Assembly: GCA_943787795.1 (NCBI GenBank)
Contig: CALSNU010000006.1
Coordinates: 416,001 to 480,000 of the forward strand
DNA: 64,000 nucleotides
Direction: 5' to 3'
Source: an uncultured bacterium
GTDB lineage: Bacteria; Planctomycetota; UBA1135; GCA-002686595
Part shown: in pieces, positions 1 through 10,200 of the stretch
Position numbering within the stretch: the stretch's first letter is position 1
Layout: every line of letters begins with the position of its first letter
Translations under genes and position numbers: made by a program
Notes under the pieces: model-generated
Database searches by the model: none
Told to the model about the DNA's origin: nothing
The model's input: the letters and a program-made list of their open reading frames with translations, nothing else

Positions 1-1
1 A

Positions 2-313
2 GAGGGCTGAGGCAACACCGCGAGCGCGGTCGCGCTCGTCGAGACCTACGCCACGGCGCTGGGGCTGGACCTCGAGATCGAGTACGTCACCGTCCGAACG
101 GAGTCCGACGTTCAGGAGCATCGCTTCCTTGGGAGCCCGACCCTCCGCATCGGTGGCCTTGATATCGATCCATCCGCCCGCGGGAACCAACCGTTCGGGT
201 TCACATGACGACTCATGGACTGGACGCAGGGTGCGTCAGAAACGAAGGAGATGATCCGCAACGCCTTCGCGGAGGCTGGGTGGCTTCCGCCGTCCGGTGA
301 CCTGCTGGACTAG
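2..313 (+). CDS. 5'-truncated thioredoxin-like protein (DUF2703 / alkylmercury-lyase-associated type); candidate selenoprotein with two in-frame UGA
   Basis: Frame 2 reads EG*GNTASAVALVETYATALGLDLEIEYVTVRTESDVQEHRFLGSPTLRIGGLDIDPSARGNQPFGFT*RLMDW...LLD then TAG at 311-313. The FLGSPT-x-RI motif is present, and TGA at 8-10 and 206-208 fall where this family normally has Cys (EGCPN; GLSCR). Confidence 0.75.
20..39 (+). promoter_or_regulatory. Bacterial SECIS-like hairpin 1
   Basis: CGAGCGC-GGTC-GCGCTCG (21-38): perfect 7-bp stem with a GGUC loop, starting ~10 nt after TGA 8-10. Confidence 0.6.
220..239 (+). promoter_or_regulatory. Bacterial SECIS-like hairpin 2
   Basis: CT-G-GACGCA-GGG-TGCGTC-AG: bulged stem with a G-rich loop, starting 11 nt after TGA 206-208. 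Confidence 0.6.
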
Positions 314-704
314 GCTCGCCTCGGACCGCCGCCACGCTCGACGGGACCGCGATCGCGCCCCGACGCCCAGCAGATCGCCATCGCTTCGCACGCGCTGGCT
401 CTCGGTCACGCTCACGGCGAGCGCTGAGCTCCACCTGATTCGCCAGAGCCCCCCCGGCGCCCGCCCCCGTTCCCGGCTCTCTCTCGGCCCGCTCCCGGCC
501 CCGGCCCAGCAGCCTTGCGGGCGAGCGGCGGCAGGGTCCGCGGCTCACTCGCCAACCGGAGGCCTCGGCGACGCGGAGCGGCGCCTCCGACCTGAGCCTG
601 CTGCGTGAGGGCATGGACGCCATCGCCGCGCAGCAGGCCGAGCTCGGGTCGCCCAGCGCAAGTCAACGCAAGATGGCTCAGCGAGGGAGCGGCCCGATAA
701 TGAG

Positions 705-735
705 CGCGGACGCCGACCCATGGTCGGCGTCCGCG
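705..735. terminator. Perfect 14-bp hairpin between convergent genes (terminator or stabiliser candidate, no U-tract)
   Basis: CGCGGACGCCGACC-CAT-GGTCGGCGTCCGCG, 47 nt past the S8 peptidase stop. Confidence 0.4.
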
Positions 736-782
736 GCGTGAGTACCACCCGACCTGGCCCCCGTCACCGAGGGACTCGAGGC

Positions 783-3700
783 CTACTGAACGCGCAGGAA
801 GAGATGGTCGATCTCCACCCGCTCCCGACCCCGGTTCCCGCTGGTCCGGTCGGAGTCCCTCACACGGACGCGGATCTCTCCGCCCCCGTGAGACGCGACA
901 GCCAGCCCGGATTGGTAGCCCGCCGCAGAGGTCGACGGATCGATGACCACAGTGATCGTGGACCAGGAGCCGCCGCCATTCGTGCTGACCTCGAAGAGGA
1001 AGGACTCTCCGTCTCCGGCGTCCACCATGGACCCCATCACGAAGAGGGAGACCGGACCTGCCGGCGCGTTGACCAACCAGACGTGAGAGCCGTAGCTGTA
1101 ACGGTTGGCCGGCTTGCCGCCGCTCTCCCGCTCGGTGAGCGACTGCGTCACTCCATCCGCGGACTGGACATCGACGTAGCTCCCGGAGAGGGCGCCGGCG
1201 CCGGACTGCTCGCCGAAGGGCACGAGGTCCGCGACGCCGACCGAGAACGTCGTCGCCGCGGCGACGTTCGACCAGCCGGAGCTGCCCGCTCCGTTGAACG
1301 CGCGAACCCGGTAGCGATACTCGGTGTCGGCCTGGAGGCCGCTATCCGCGAAGGACGTGCTGTTCGCCGCCAGATTGCCCCCAATCTGCGCCCAGTTGGC
1401 TCCGTCGAGGCTGCGCTCAAGCTCGAAGCCGTCCTCGCTGCTGGATCCATCCGCCCACGAGAGGCCGATCTCCGAGGAGGAGGTGGGCGCCGCGCCGAGT
1501 CCGCTCGGGGCGCCCGGCGGCAACCCTGCTCCGACGCCGGTCACCTCGAAGTACATGTGGTCCACGAAGACCGTGTCCAGGCTCCGGTTGCCGGCGGAGC
1601 GGTTCGAGTCAATGACTCTGACGTACACGGTCCCCACGATGGCGGCCGGCAGCTGGGCGGTCTGGTAGACCTCCGTCGGGCCGGTCTTGGTCACGCTGAA
1701 CATCGTCTGCCAGCTCTGCTGGTCCTGGGAGACCTCGACGCGCCAGACGTCACCGTCCGATGAGTCCGTCCGATAGGCGTTGGCGTGGAAGCTCAAGCCA
1801 GAGCCTGCCGGCAGGGAGAACTGCCAGCGGTGCTCGCCGCGGCTGGTCCGGTTGGCCGGCTTGCCGCCGCTCTCGCGCTCCCTGAGGGACTGATAGACCA
1901 GGTCCGCCGTGCGGGTATTCGAGGCCGTCCCCGTCACCGTGCCGACCACCGGGACGTCCGCCTGGGCGACGGCGATCTCGGTGGACCCGAGGGTCGTCGT
2001 GGCCTGCGCCACGTTGGAGGCCGCCGAATCACCGGCGCCGTTCCTCGCAAAGACGCGATACTGGTAGGTCGTCCCCGGGGCCAGCCCCGAATCCGTCGCG
2101 GAGGAGGCGTTGGCTGGGGCGCTGAGCGCCGCCGTCCAGGTGACCCCGTCCAGGGAGCGCTCCACCACGAAGCTGTCCTCCGAGCTCGAGTTATCGCTCC
2201 AGGCGAGGTCCACGGAGTTCGCCGTCGGGTTCCCCGCCGTGAGGTTGCTGGGCGCGCTCGGGGCCGTCAGGACCTGGACGGTGATGTAGTCCGTCCTCGA
2301 GAGCGCGTCGGAACCACCCGGCCCCGTGATCGACAGTGACACCGTGTAGGTGCCCGCTGCCGTGTACGTGTGAACCGGGGCGCTGACCGTGGCCGTACCG
2401 CCGTCGCCGAAGTCCCAGGTCCGCGTGCCAACGGAGCCGCTGGATTGGTCGGTGAAGGTGACCTCCAGGGGAGCGAAGCCCGTGAGCGGCGTCGCGACAA
2501 ACCCGGCCACCGGGGCGGGCGGGGGACCTGACGTCGCGCCGGTCACCACCAGGGCATAGTCCGCGTCGACGGCCCCCGTCTCCACATGGGTATCCACGAG
2601 GACCTCCGTAGCGATGACCTCCACGCTCCAGGACCCGGCCTCCGGGTTCTGCACGTAGACGTTCTCGACGGTGTCGACCGAGTTGGCGGTGCCGCCCGCG
2701 CTGGACCACATCGAGCCGAGGAGGCCGTTGTTGCCCCAGTAGACCGAGCCCGAGGGCGAGGTCACCTTCAGGTCGAGATTGTTGATCCGGTGCTGCCCGC
2801 TCGAGGTCGTCCCCGGAGGATCGCGGAAGATCATGGTCGCCCTGAGCGCCGGCTCGCCCGCCTCCACGGTCAGCGTGTGGACCGTGCTGCCAAGGGGCGC
2901 GAGGACGTCCGACTCATCGATGACGAAGGTCTTGTCCCGGAGGCTGTAAGCGCCGGCGAGGTCCGGGCGCCCCCAGCCCTGGTGGACGCGGGTCAGGTCT
3001 GCGCCCGTCCCGCTGAAGCTCCACTGGCGCGCCGTGTTGATCAGCAGCGCCTTGGCGGTGGTGTTGTGCGGACGATCGTCGAAGGGGTCCACCGCCGGGG
3101 CAGAGTTCCCGAAGACGCCGTCTCCCCACATTTCCATGAGCATGCCGAGGTGGCCGGCGACGATGGGCGTCGCGCCACTGGTCCCGCCAAAGCTCGAGTA
3201 GTAGTTGCCGCTGGAGTAGCCCCCCGAACCCATGACGTCGGTCGTGAGGGTCGAGTCGTAGAAGCTGGCGAGGTCCGGCTTGATGCGGCCGTCGGCGGCG
3301 GGACCAATGCTCGCGCCAGAGCTCCATGCGTCGTCCGTTTCGTTCAGGGTGTTGTAGTGCCGCACGCCGCCGACGGAGATGACATTCTTCGCCCACGCCT
3401 GCGGGCGCGAGTCCTGGTTCCCGGCATTGGACTGGGACTGCAGGACGCTGAACTTCTCGAAGTCGAACAGGATCTGGTCGAGATCCTGCGAGACGCTCGT
3501 GTAGGCGGTGGTCCGCGAGTTACCCCAGCTGTTGGTCTGGAGGATCGCCCGGAAGCTCCCGGTCGGATCGTCCAGCTCGCGAGTGTGGTTGTAGCGGCTC
3601 CCCGAGAGCCCGTTGTAGTAGGCGGCGATCAGGAGCGCCTCGGGCAGGACGCCACGCGCCGAGGCGTTCCCCGCCCCAGAGCCAGCGACGATACCGGAGC

Positions 3701-4706
3701 ACGCTGTGCCGTGGTTTCCCACGACCATGGAGCCGTGCACCACGTGGTTCGCGAGGTCGGGGTGCGTCAGGTCACAGCCGCCGTCCAACACCTCGACTCG
3801 GAGGGAGGAGCCGGTGAGGCCAAGGGTGCTCTCCACGAAGTTGGAGCCGTGGAACTCACGGGCGTTGTTGATGTCCTCTTCCGGTGCGCTCCAGCGATCG
3901 ATCCAGGCCACATCGTCCGAACCAACCAGGTCCGCGAGGGCCTGCGTCGGCACGGTCACCGTCATCAAGTACGTCTCCCTTGAGGTGTCGACCACGCGGC
4001 CTCCGAGGGCCTCCACGACAGCTGCGACCCTGGCCTGGCCAGCCGCGCCGCGGCGGAGGGTCAACAGGTTGACGGTGACCGCGGTCTGCGGGGTGACGTT
4101 CTCGACGATCGGCAGCAGCTCGCGCTCGACCTTGTAGGCCGGGTGATACTCCCGGACTGCGCGTACGAACGGCAGGGACGCGATGATCCGCAGCGAGCGC
4201 GAGTTGGCGGTCACCAGCAGCGCGTGGCGCGGCACCACGCGGTGCACCTCGGCGCCGGCCTGGACGAGCCGCTCCTGGAGAGGCGGTGACGGCGGCACCT
4301 CGAGCTGCACAAGGTGCAGGTTGGACGTAGGGCGCGCCGCGAGGCGAGCGGAGACGGCCGGTTCCCCCTGCAGGGGATCGTGGGCGCCGTAGCGGAGGAG
4401 CAGTTCGTGGCTGATGGGCCGAACGATGTCCCAGGACTCGCCGTCGGGACTCGCGGCGTACCACTGGGCGGTGGAGCCGTCGGTGGCGACCTCTCGCCAG
4501 CGCAGGAACTGAGCGGCCTGGCCCGCGGCGCCGACCGAGCGCACCTGGGAGATCGTGCCCATACAGGTCCGCAGGGCCTCTTGCCCGCCGGAGGTCTCGA
4601 CGCTCAGACGCTGCAGTCCTCCCGGGAGGACCGCGACATCATGGGTCTGGGAAAAGCCGAGGCTGGACAGGAGTCCGAGCGTGATCAGGAGCAAGAGGTT
4701 CTTCAT
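783..4706 (-). CDS. Secreted S8 (subtilisin-like) serine peptidase with PKD, two Fn3 domains and a duplicated C-terminal domain
   Basis: Signal peptide MKNLLLLITLGLLSSLGFS (ATG 4706). Catalytic triad motifs VLDGG, NHGTAC, GGTSGATP. PKD motif WDFGDG. Two Fn3-like segments (APSNL..WSDNS..Y.YRV.A.N). Confidence 0.9.
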   Translation of the reverse strand: MKNLLLLITLGLLSSLGFSQTHDVAVLPGGLQRLSVETSGGQEALRTCMGTISQVRSVGAAGQAAQFLRWREVATDGSTAQWYAASPDGESWDIVRPISHELLLRYGAHDPLQGEPAVSARLAARPTSNLHLVQLEVPPSPPLQERLVQAGAEVHRVVPRHALLVTANSRSLRIIASLPFVRAVREYHPAYKVERELLPIVENVTPQTAVTVNLLTLRRGAAGQARVAAVVEALGGRVVDTSRETYLMTVTVPTQALADLVGSDDVAWIDRWSAPEEDINNAREFHGSNFVESTLGLTGSSLRVEVLDGGCDLTHPDLANHVVHGSMVVGNHGTACSGIVAGSGAGNASARGVLPEALLIAAYYNGLSGSRYNHTRELDDPTGSFRAILQTNSWGNSRTTAYTSVSQDLDQILFDFEKFSVLQSQSNAGNQDSRPQAWAKNVISVGGVRHYNTLNETDDAWSSGASIGPAADGRIKPDLASFYDSTLTTDVMGSGGYSSGNYYSSFGGTSGATPIVAGHLGMLMEMWGDGVFGNSAPAVDPFDDRPHNTTAKALLINTARQWSFSGTGADLTRVHQGWGRPDLAGAYSLRDKTFVIDESDVLAPLGSTVHTLTVEAGEPALRATMIFRDPPGTTSSGQHRINNLDLKVTSPSGSVYWGNNGLLGSMWSSAGGTANSVDTVENVYVQNPEAGSWSVEVIATEVLVDTHVETGAVDADYALVVTGATSGPPPAPVAGFVATPLTGFAPLEVTFTDQSSGSVGTRTWDFGDGGTATVSAPVHTYTAAGTYTVSLSITGPGGSDALSRTDYITVQVLTAPSAPSNLTAGNPTANSVDLAWSDNSSSEDSFVVERSLDGVTWTAALSAPANASSATDSGLAPGTTYQYRVFARNGAGDSAASNVAQATTTLGSTEIAVAQADVPVVGTVTGTASNTRTADLVYQSLRERESGGKPANRTSRGEHRWQFSLPAGSGLSFHANAYRTDSSDGDVWRVEVSQDQQSWQTMFSVTKTGPTEVYQTAQLPAAIVGTVYVRVIDSNRSAGNRSLDTVFVDHMYFEVTGVGAGLPPGAPSGLGAAPTSSSEIGLSWADGSSSEDGFELERSLDGANWAQIGGNLAANSTSFADSGLQADTEYRYRVRAFNGAGSSGWSNVAAATTFSVGVADLVPFGEQSGAGALSGSYVDVQSADGVTQSLTERESGGKPANRYSYGSHVWLVNAPAGPVSLFVMGSMVDAGDGESFLFEVSTNGGGSWSTITVVIDPSTSAAGYQSGLAVASHGGGEIRVRVRDSDRTSGNRGRERVEIDHLFLRVQ

Positions 4707-5460
4707 GGCAAGCGATATCCCCGGAGAGGCGTCAACACGTCGATAGAACGTACCCGGCTTCCGGGGCGAGCCCCATTTAGGGGTTTTCCCTGGCCACCTC
4801 CGGAGCCGCTGACCGACACGTGCCACGCCGCAAACGCAAGGGCCCTCGTGACGCGAGAGGCCGGCCGCCTCCCCCCTGGGGCCACTCGCTGGCGGATCTA
4901 TGCCGGCCCTGCTCCCCCCGAGCCGTCGGGGAGATTCCTGGACCCAAGCGGCGCTCTTCTTGGAATTGGAGGGGCGATGAGCCCGAATGGAGCTGCGCCA
5001 TACCGGCGGTCCTCGGGGAAGCCGCGGCGTGAGCGCCACCCGTGAAGCGCGGATCGCATGGGGGGTGTCTGCGCCGGGCGTCGCCGCCTCGAGACGCGGT
5101 CATCCATCGCTCGTCGACCCCCTCTCCGCTGATCTCACTCCCGTTCCCGGCCGGGAAACCCTCGCCTCGGAGTCGACTCAAGCTGCGGAGCCCTCCCTTG
5201 TGGGTGGCGTGCTCAGCGCCGATCCACCCGAGGGACCGACACGCCCCGGTGGACAGGCCGAATTGACGCCACCGCGCCGCAGGTCGAAGATGCAAGTCTG
5301 GACGATCGCCTTGATCGCCAGCCTCGATCTTGTGCAGGGGAAGAAGCTCCTCGAGGGTCCGCGAGCCCGACCAACCTCATCTCCTCGGGCCAGCCGAGTC
5401 GTACCGCCAAGCCCACCCTGTGCAGCCAGAAGTCGGCGCAGCGCAGAAGAGTAAAAGGGC

Positions 5461-6195
5461 TTAGACCTGCGGGGGGCCAGCGAGCAGGGCGTCCACGAGC
5501 TCGGGGACGGCCTCGCTGGCGCGGCCTCCAAAGAAGGCGTCCCGTGGATCCAGATTGTCTGGCTCCGCGAGCCCCTGGCAGGCGGTCCAGGCGCCGCTGG
5601 CCCGGGCGTAGCTGAGATAACCCGCGGCCGGGTAGACGGCGCCGCTGGTGCCGATGGCGATGAAGTGGGTCGCGCGAGCCACGGCGGCCTCAATCTCGGG
5701 GAGGTGGTAGGGCATCTCGCCGAACCACACCACGTCAGGCCGCAGGGGCGTCGCGCCGCAGTCGGGGCAGGGGACGAGGACCTCCTCCTCCAGATGCTCA
5801 CGGTCCACGGGCCGGCTCCCGCACACCTCACAGCGCAACCGGGAGAGTTCTCCGTGCATGGGGAGGACGGTGGACCCGGCCCGCTGGTGCAGGTCGTCCA
5901 CGTTCTGGGTCACCAGGGTGAAGCCCTCGCCCCGGCCTGCGAGCTCGCGCTCCAGGCGTACCAGCGCCAGGTGCGCGGCATTGGGTTCCACCGCCGCGAG
6001 GTTCTGGCGACGCAGCTGGTAGAAGCGCCACACCAACCCGCGGTTGGCCTCCCAGGCCTCCGGAGTCGCCACCTCCTCGAAGCGATGGCCCTCCCAGAGG
6101 CCGCCCGCGTCCCGGTAGGTGTCCACGCCGGAGTCCGCCGAGATCCCGGCGCCGGTCAGGACCACCACGTGGCGCTGCGCACCCTCGTCCCCCAT
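5461..6195 (-). CDS. cobB: NAD-dependent protein deacylase, Sir2/CobB family
   Basis: GAGISADSG, TQNVDDLHQRAG, HG, two CxxC, RPDVVWFGE, IGTSGAVYPAAG. The FYQLRR YxxR motif is typical of class III sirtuins. Confidence 0.9.
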   Translation of the reverse strand: MGDEGAQRHVVVLTGAGISADSGVDTYRDAGGLWEGHRFEEVATPEAWEANRGLVWRFYQLRRQNLAAVEPNAAHLALVRLERELAGRGEGFTLVTQNVDDLHQRAGSTVLPMHGELSRLRCEVCGSRPVDREHLEEEVLVPCPDCGATPLRPDVVWFGEMPYHLPEIEAAVARATHFIAIGTSGAVYPAAGYLSYARASGAWTACQGLAEPDNLDPRDAFFGGRASEAVPELVDALLAGPPQV

Positions 6196-6205
6196 CACGC
6201 CGCCG

Positions 6206-7198
6206 TCACGCTCCCGGCGCGCCCAGGACGCGCCGCAGGTCGCCAAGGTCCAGGTTGCCTCCGCAGACCACCACGCAGTCCTTGCGGCCGTCCGCTGGCC
6301 GGGGGTCCCGGGCCCACACCGCGAGCGCCACCGCCGCTGCGCCCTCGGCGAGGATCCGCTCCTCGCCCAGGAGGCGCAAGAGCCCGGCCTCGATCTCCTC
6401 CTCATCCACCAGCTCCCAGCGGTCCACGAAGTCCCGGCAGGGCGGGAAGGTCACCGAGCCCTCCTCGAGGCCACCGGCCGTCGCGAGGGAGAGGGTCGGG
6501 AGGTGCTCGGTCTCGACGATCTCTCCGGCCGCCACCGAGGCGTGCATCGGGTGGCTGGCCCGGGGCGAGCAGCCGATGACCTCGACCTCTGGCGCCACGT
6601 GCTTCAGCACCGCCGAGACCCCGCCGATCAAGCCGCCGCCGCCCACGGCGATGTACACGCGGCGAAGCGTGGGCAGGTGCTGGAGGAGCTCGACGCCGAG
6701 TGAGCCCTGCCCCGCCATCACCACCGCGTCGTTGTAGGGCGAGACGAAGGTCTCCCCCGAAGCGTCGGCCCGGATCCGGGCAGCTGCCTCGGCCTCTCCG
6801 CATTCGGTTCCCGATCGCACGACGCTGGCGCCCCGTGACGTGATCGCCTGCGCCCGCCCCTCTGGTGTAGGCTCGGGGATCAGCACCGTCGCGGCGACGC
6901 CGGTGAGCGACGCCGCCTGGGCCACCGCCGCGCCGTGGTTCCCCGTGGAGGCGGCGACGACGCCGCGACCGCGCTCCTCCTCGGAGAGAAGCTGGAGCCG
7001 GTGCATGGCGCCTCGAATCTTGAACGAGCCCGTGGGCAGGGCCGACTCCATCTTCAGGAGGAGGCCGCCGCTCGGGTCGAGGCCCAGGGCCTCGCGCATG
7101 GGCGAGGCGTCAAAGTGGCGACGCAGGCCGGCGGCGGCCTGGACGCTCTGCTCGTACATGGTGCGGGCGAGATCTTCCTTGGTCGGTGCGGAGCTCAT
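6206..7198 (-). CDS. PLP-dependent threonine/serine dehydratase family protein
   Basis: KMES..TGSFKIRGA (PLP Lys), ASTGNHG, VGGGGLIGG, AEGAAA, CGGN. No C-terminal ACT domain. Confidence 0.85.
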   Translation of the reverse strand: MSSAPTKEDLARTMYEQSVQAAAGLRRHFDASPMREALGLDPSGGLLLKMESALPTGSFKIRGAMHRLQLLSEEERGRGVVAASTGNHGAAVAQAASLTGVAATVLIPEPTPEGRAQAITSRGASVVRSGTECGEAEAAARIRADASGETFVSPYNDAVVMAGQGSLGVELLQHLPTLRRVYIAVGGGGLIGGVSAVLKHVAPEVEVIGCSPRASHPMHASVAAGEIVETEHLPTLSLATAGGLEEGSVTFPPCRDFVDRWELVDEEEIEAGLLRLLGEERILAEGAAAVALAVWARDPRPADGRKDCVVVCGGNLDLGDLRRVLGAPGA

Positions 7199-7208
7199 GC
7201 GAGCGGCA

Positions 7209-10200
7209 TCATGCCCGATCCAAGGCGGGCGCGCCCACCGGGGCATCCTCGGGGGAATCCTCGGGACCCGGGCCCTGAGGTCGCTCGCCGGAGCCACCGG
7301 CCTCCGCTCGCCCTCCGCGCAGGAACAGCCGCCGGCCCACCGAGATGAGGTCCTCGAGCACCACGTAGGCTGCGGGCACCAGGATCAGGATCAGCACCGT
7401 CGCCACCGCGAGCCCGAAGAAGATGCTGATGGCCATCGGCTGTAGAAAGCGTGCCTGGCCCGACACGAAGAAGGTCAGGGGCAGCAGGCCCAGCATCGTG
7501 GTCACCGACGTCAGGACGATCGGCCGGAAGCGCAGGCGGCCGGAGTCCTTGACCGCCTCTAGCATGGGCACCCCGCGGCGGCGCCGCTGGCCGATGAAGT
7601 CCACCAGGATGAGGCTGTCGTTCACCACGACGCCGGCGAGCGCCAGCAGCCCGATGAGCGACATCAGCGTGATCGAGCGGTCCATGATCGCGTGCCCGAG
7701 CACCATCCCCACGCCCGCGAAGGGGATGATGAACATGATCACCATGGGCTGCAGGAAGCTCTGGAAGAGCGTCCCGAGGATCAGGTAGATAAGCAGCCCG
7801 GAGAGCAGGGCCGCCGACCACAGCCCCGCCATGGACTTGGCCGTCTCGTCGGCCTGGCCCCGGAGCTTGAAGGACTCACCGGGCCCCATGGACTCATCCG
7901 CCGCCAACTCGACCCCGAGCGTGCGCAGGATCCGCGCCGAGTTCCCCTCCGTCTCCTCCACGTCGGCGCTCACCACCACCGCGCGCACGCGGTCCTCGTG
8001 GCCCACGGAGGAGGGGCCTCGCCCGATCTCGGCGTCCGCGACGGTGCGCAGGGGAACGCGTTGGGCCGGCCCGCCACCACGCGCGGGCAGCGTCACCTCC
8101 ATGCGCTCCAGCGCCCCGACGACGCTGCGCTCCGACTCGGGGTACTTGAGCACCACCTCGACCTCGTCCGGCCCCCGGCGAAGCGAGGCGACCTCGCGGC
8201 CCTCGAAGGCCGCGCGCAGCTCCATGGCGAGCCCCGCCTCGGTCAGGCCCGCGAGGCGGCCCTGCTCGTTCGGTACCAGCTCCACCCGCCCCTTGCCGCT
8301 GTCCAGGTCGGTGCGTACGTCACGGACGCCCGCGAAGCGCCCGAGGCGAACCGCCAGCTCGTCCGCCCGCACCCGGAGGCGGTCGAGGTCCGGGCCGCTG
8401 AGGGCGACCTCCACGGCGCGCCCCGCCGGCCCCGTCTGGGGCTGCCCGATCTCGTAGCTCTCCACGAGCGCGGGCAGCGCGGCGAGCTCGGCTCGGAGCG
8501 CCTCGATGATCTCGGCCGTGGTCCGCGTGCGCCCCTCCCCCTCTCGCAGCTCGACCCACACCTGCCCCAGGTGCGGCCCGATCTCGAACTCGGAGACCTT
8601 CGACGCGGCCACCCCCAGCAGGGTGTGCTTGGAGAGCACCTCGCCGGCGCCGCTCTTGTCCACCATCCCCTCGACCGCCTGGCACAGCTCCTCGGTGTCG
8701 TCGAGGTTGGCGCTCGGATCGAGGCGCAGGGACACGAAGAAGAGCTGGCTCTCGAACTGGTCGAAGAGCACGAAGGGGATGCGCGTCACGCCCACGGCGC
8801 CCACCACGGCGCCCACCGCGAGGGCGAAGCTCAGGGTCGCGTAGCGCCAGCGGAGAGCGCCGGCCAGGAGGCGCGTGTAGGCGTCCTGCAGCGGGCTGTA
8901 CCAGCGGCGCACGGAGCCGCCGCCGCTCCGGATCTGCGCCTGCATGCGGGCCACTGCCCGCTTGGAGGTCCAGTGGGCAAGGTGCGAGGGGAGGATCGTG
9001 AAGGCCTCCACCAGGGAGACCACGAGGCACGCGGTGACCACGATGGGGAGCGGCCGGAGGAACATGCCCGTGGATCCGGGGAGCAGCAGGATCGGCAAGA
9101 AGGCCGCGATGCTGGTCATGATGGTCGCGATCACGGCGCGCCCGACCTCGGCGGTCCCCTCCACCGCCGCCACCTCGGGGGAATCCCCCTCCTCCATGCG
9201 CCGGTAGACGTTCTCGCCCACGACGATGGCGTCATCCACGATCATGCCGAGCACGACGATCAGGGCGAACATGGTGATCATGTTCATGGTCACCCCCACC
9301 GCGCCGGAGACGAGGATGCCGCCGAGGAATGCCAGCGGGATCCCGAGCGCGGTGACCAGCGCCACCCGCGGGCTCAGGAACAGGAGCAGCGCGAGCAGCA
9401 CCAGCCCCGCGCCCACCAACCCCGACTCGTACATGGTCCGCAGGCGATTGCGGACGTAGATGGAGAGGTCGCTGTTGGTCCCGATAGCCACACCGGGCTG
9501 CATCGAGTCCGAGCGGCCGCCCACGTGATCGAGCACCGTGCGCGCCACGTCGATGGCGTCGGCGCCCTCGTCCTTGTTGACCTGCATGTGCACGCAGGGG
9601 TGTCCGTTGAATCGGCCTCGCGACGAGCCGCGGGACGAGGCCTCCGTGAGCCGCGCGATCCGCCCGAGGGTGACCGTCGCGCCTCCGGGGGACGACGCCA
9701 CCGGCAAGGCCTCCAGGTCACGACCCCACTGGACGTCGCCGCCCACGCGCAGGAGCCGCTGGCGCTCATCCACCTCCAGGCTGCCCAGCGGCGCCTCCGC
9801 GAGACGGCCGCGGATGGCCGCCTCCACCACGTCCAGAGTGAGCCCGTGCCGGTCGAGCTCCTCGGGCACCACCTCGACCCAGATCTGCGGCTCGATCAGT
9901 CCCGTGGAGACGACCGAGGACACTCCGGGGAGCGCCTCCAGCGCTCGCGCCTCTTCCTCGGCCACCCGCTTCAGCACCAGGTCGTCCGCGGAGCCGTAGA
10001 TGAACACCGCGATGACCGGGAAGCGGTTCTCCACCTCGAAGAGGAGGGGATCCTCGACGTCGCCGGGGAGGCTCACATCGCCGCCGCGCACCCGGTCCCG
10101 AGCGTCCGAGAGCACCTTGCTGATGCTCGCCCCATCCGCCAACGTCAGATTGACCCGCGACACGCCCTCGCGACTCACCGAGCGCATCTCGTCCACGCCT

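Noticed and set aside
2..313. Alternative genetic code (UGA = Trp/Gly) as the explanation for the in-frame TGAs
   Set aside because: Many conserved genes here (tig, clpP, clpX, smc, mutL) end properly at TGA, and Trp is encoded by TGG.
4707..5460. N-terminal extension of the peptidase to 5039 and small ORFs in this gap
   Set aside because: The signal peptide begins at ATG 4706. The upstream translations are Arg/Pro-rich with no motif. A gene relic cannot be excluded but is unsupported.
5461..6195. Sir2 gene as an anti-phage (Thoeris/DSR-type) effector
   Set aside because: It has the canonical CobB Zn-binding and substrate motifs, normal length and no defence neighbours.
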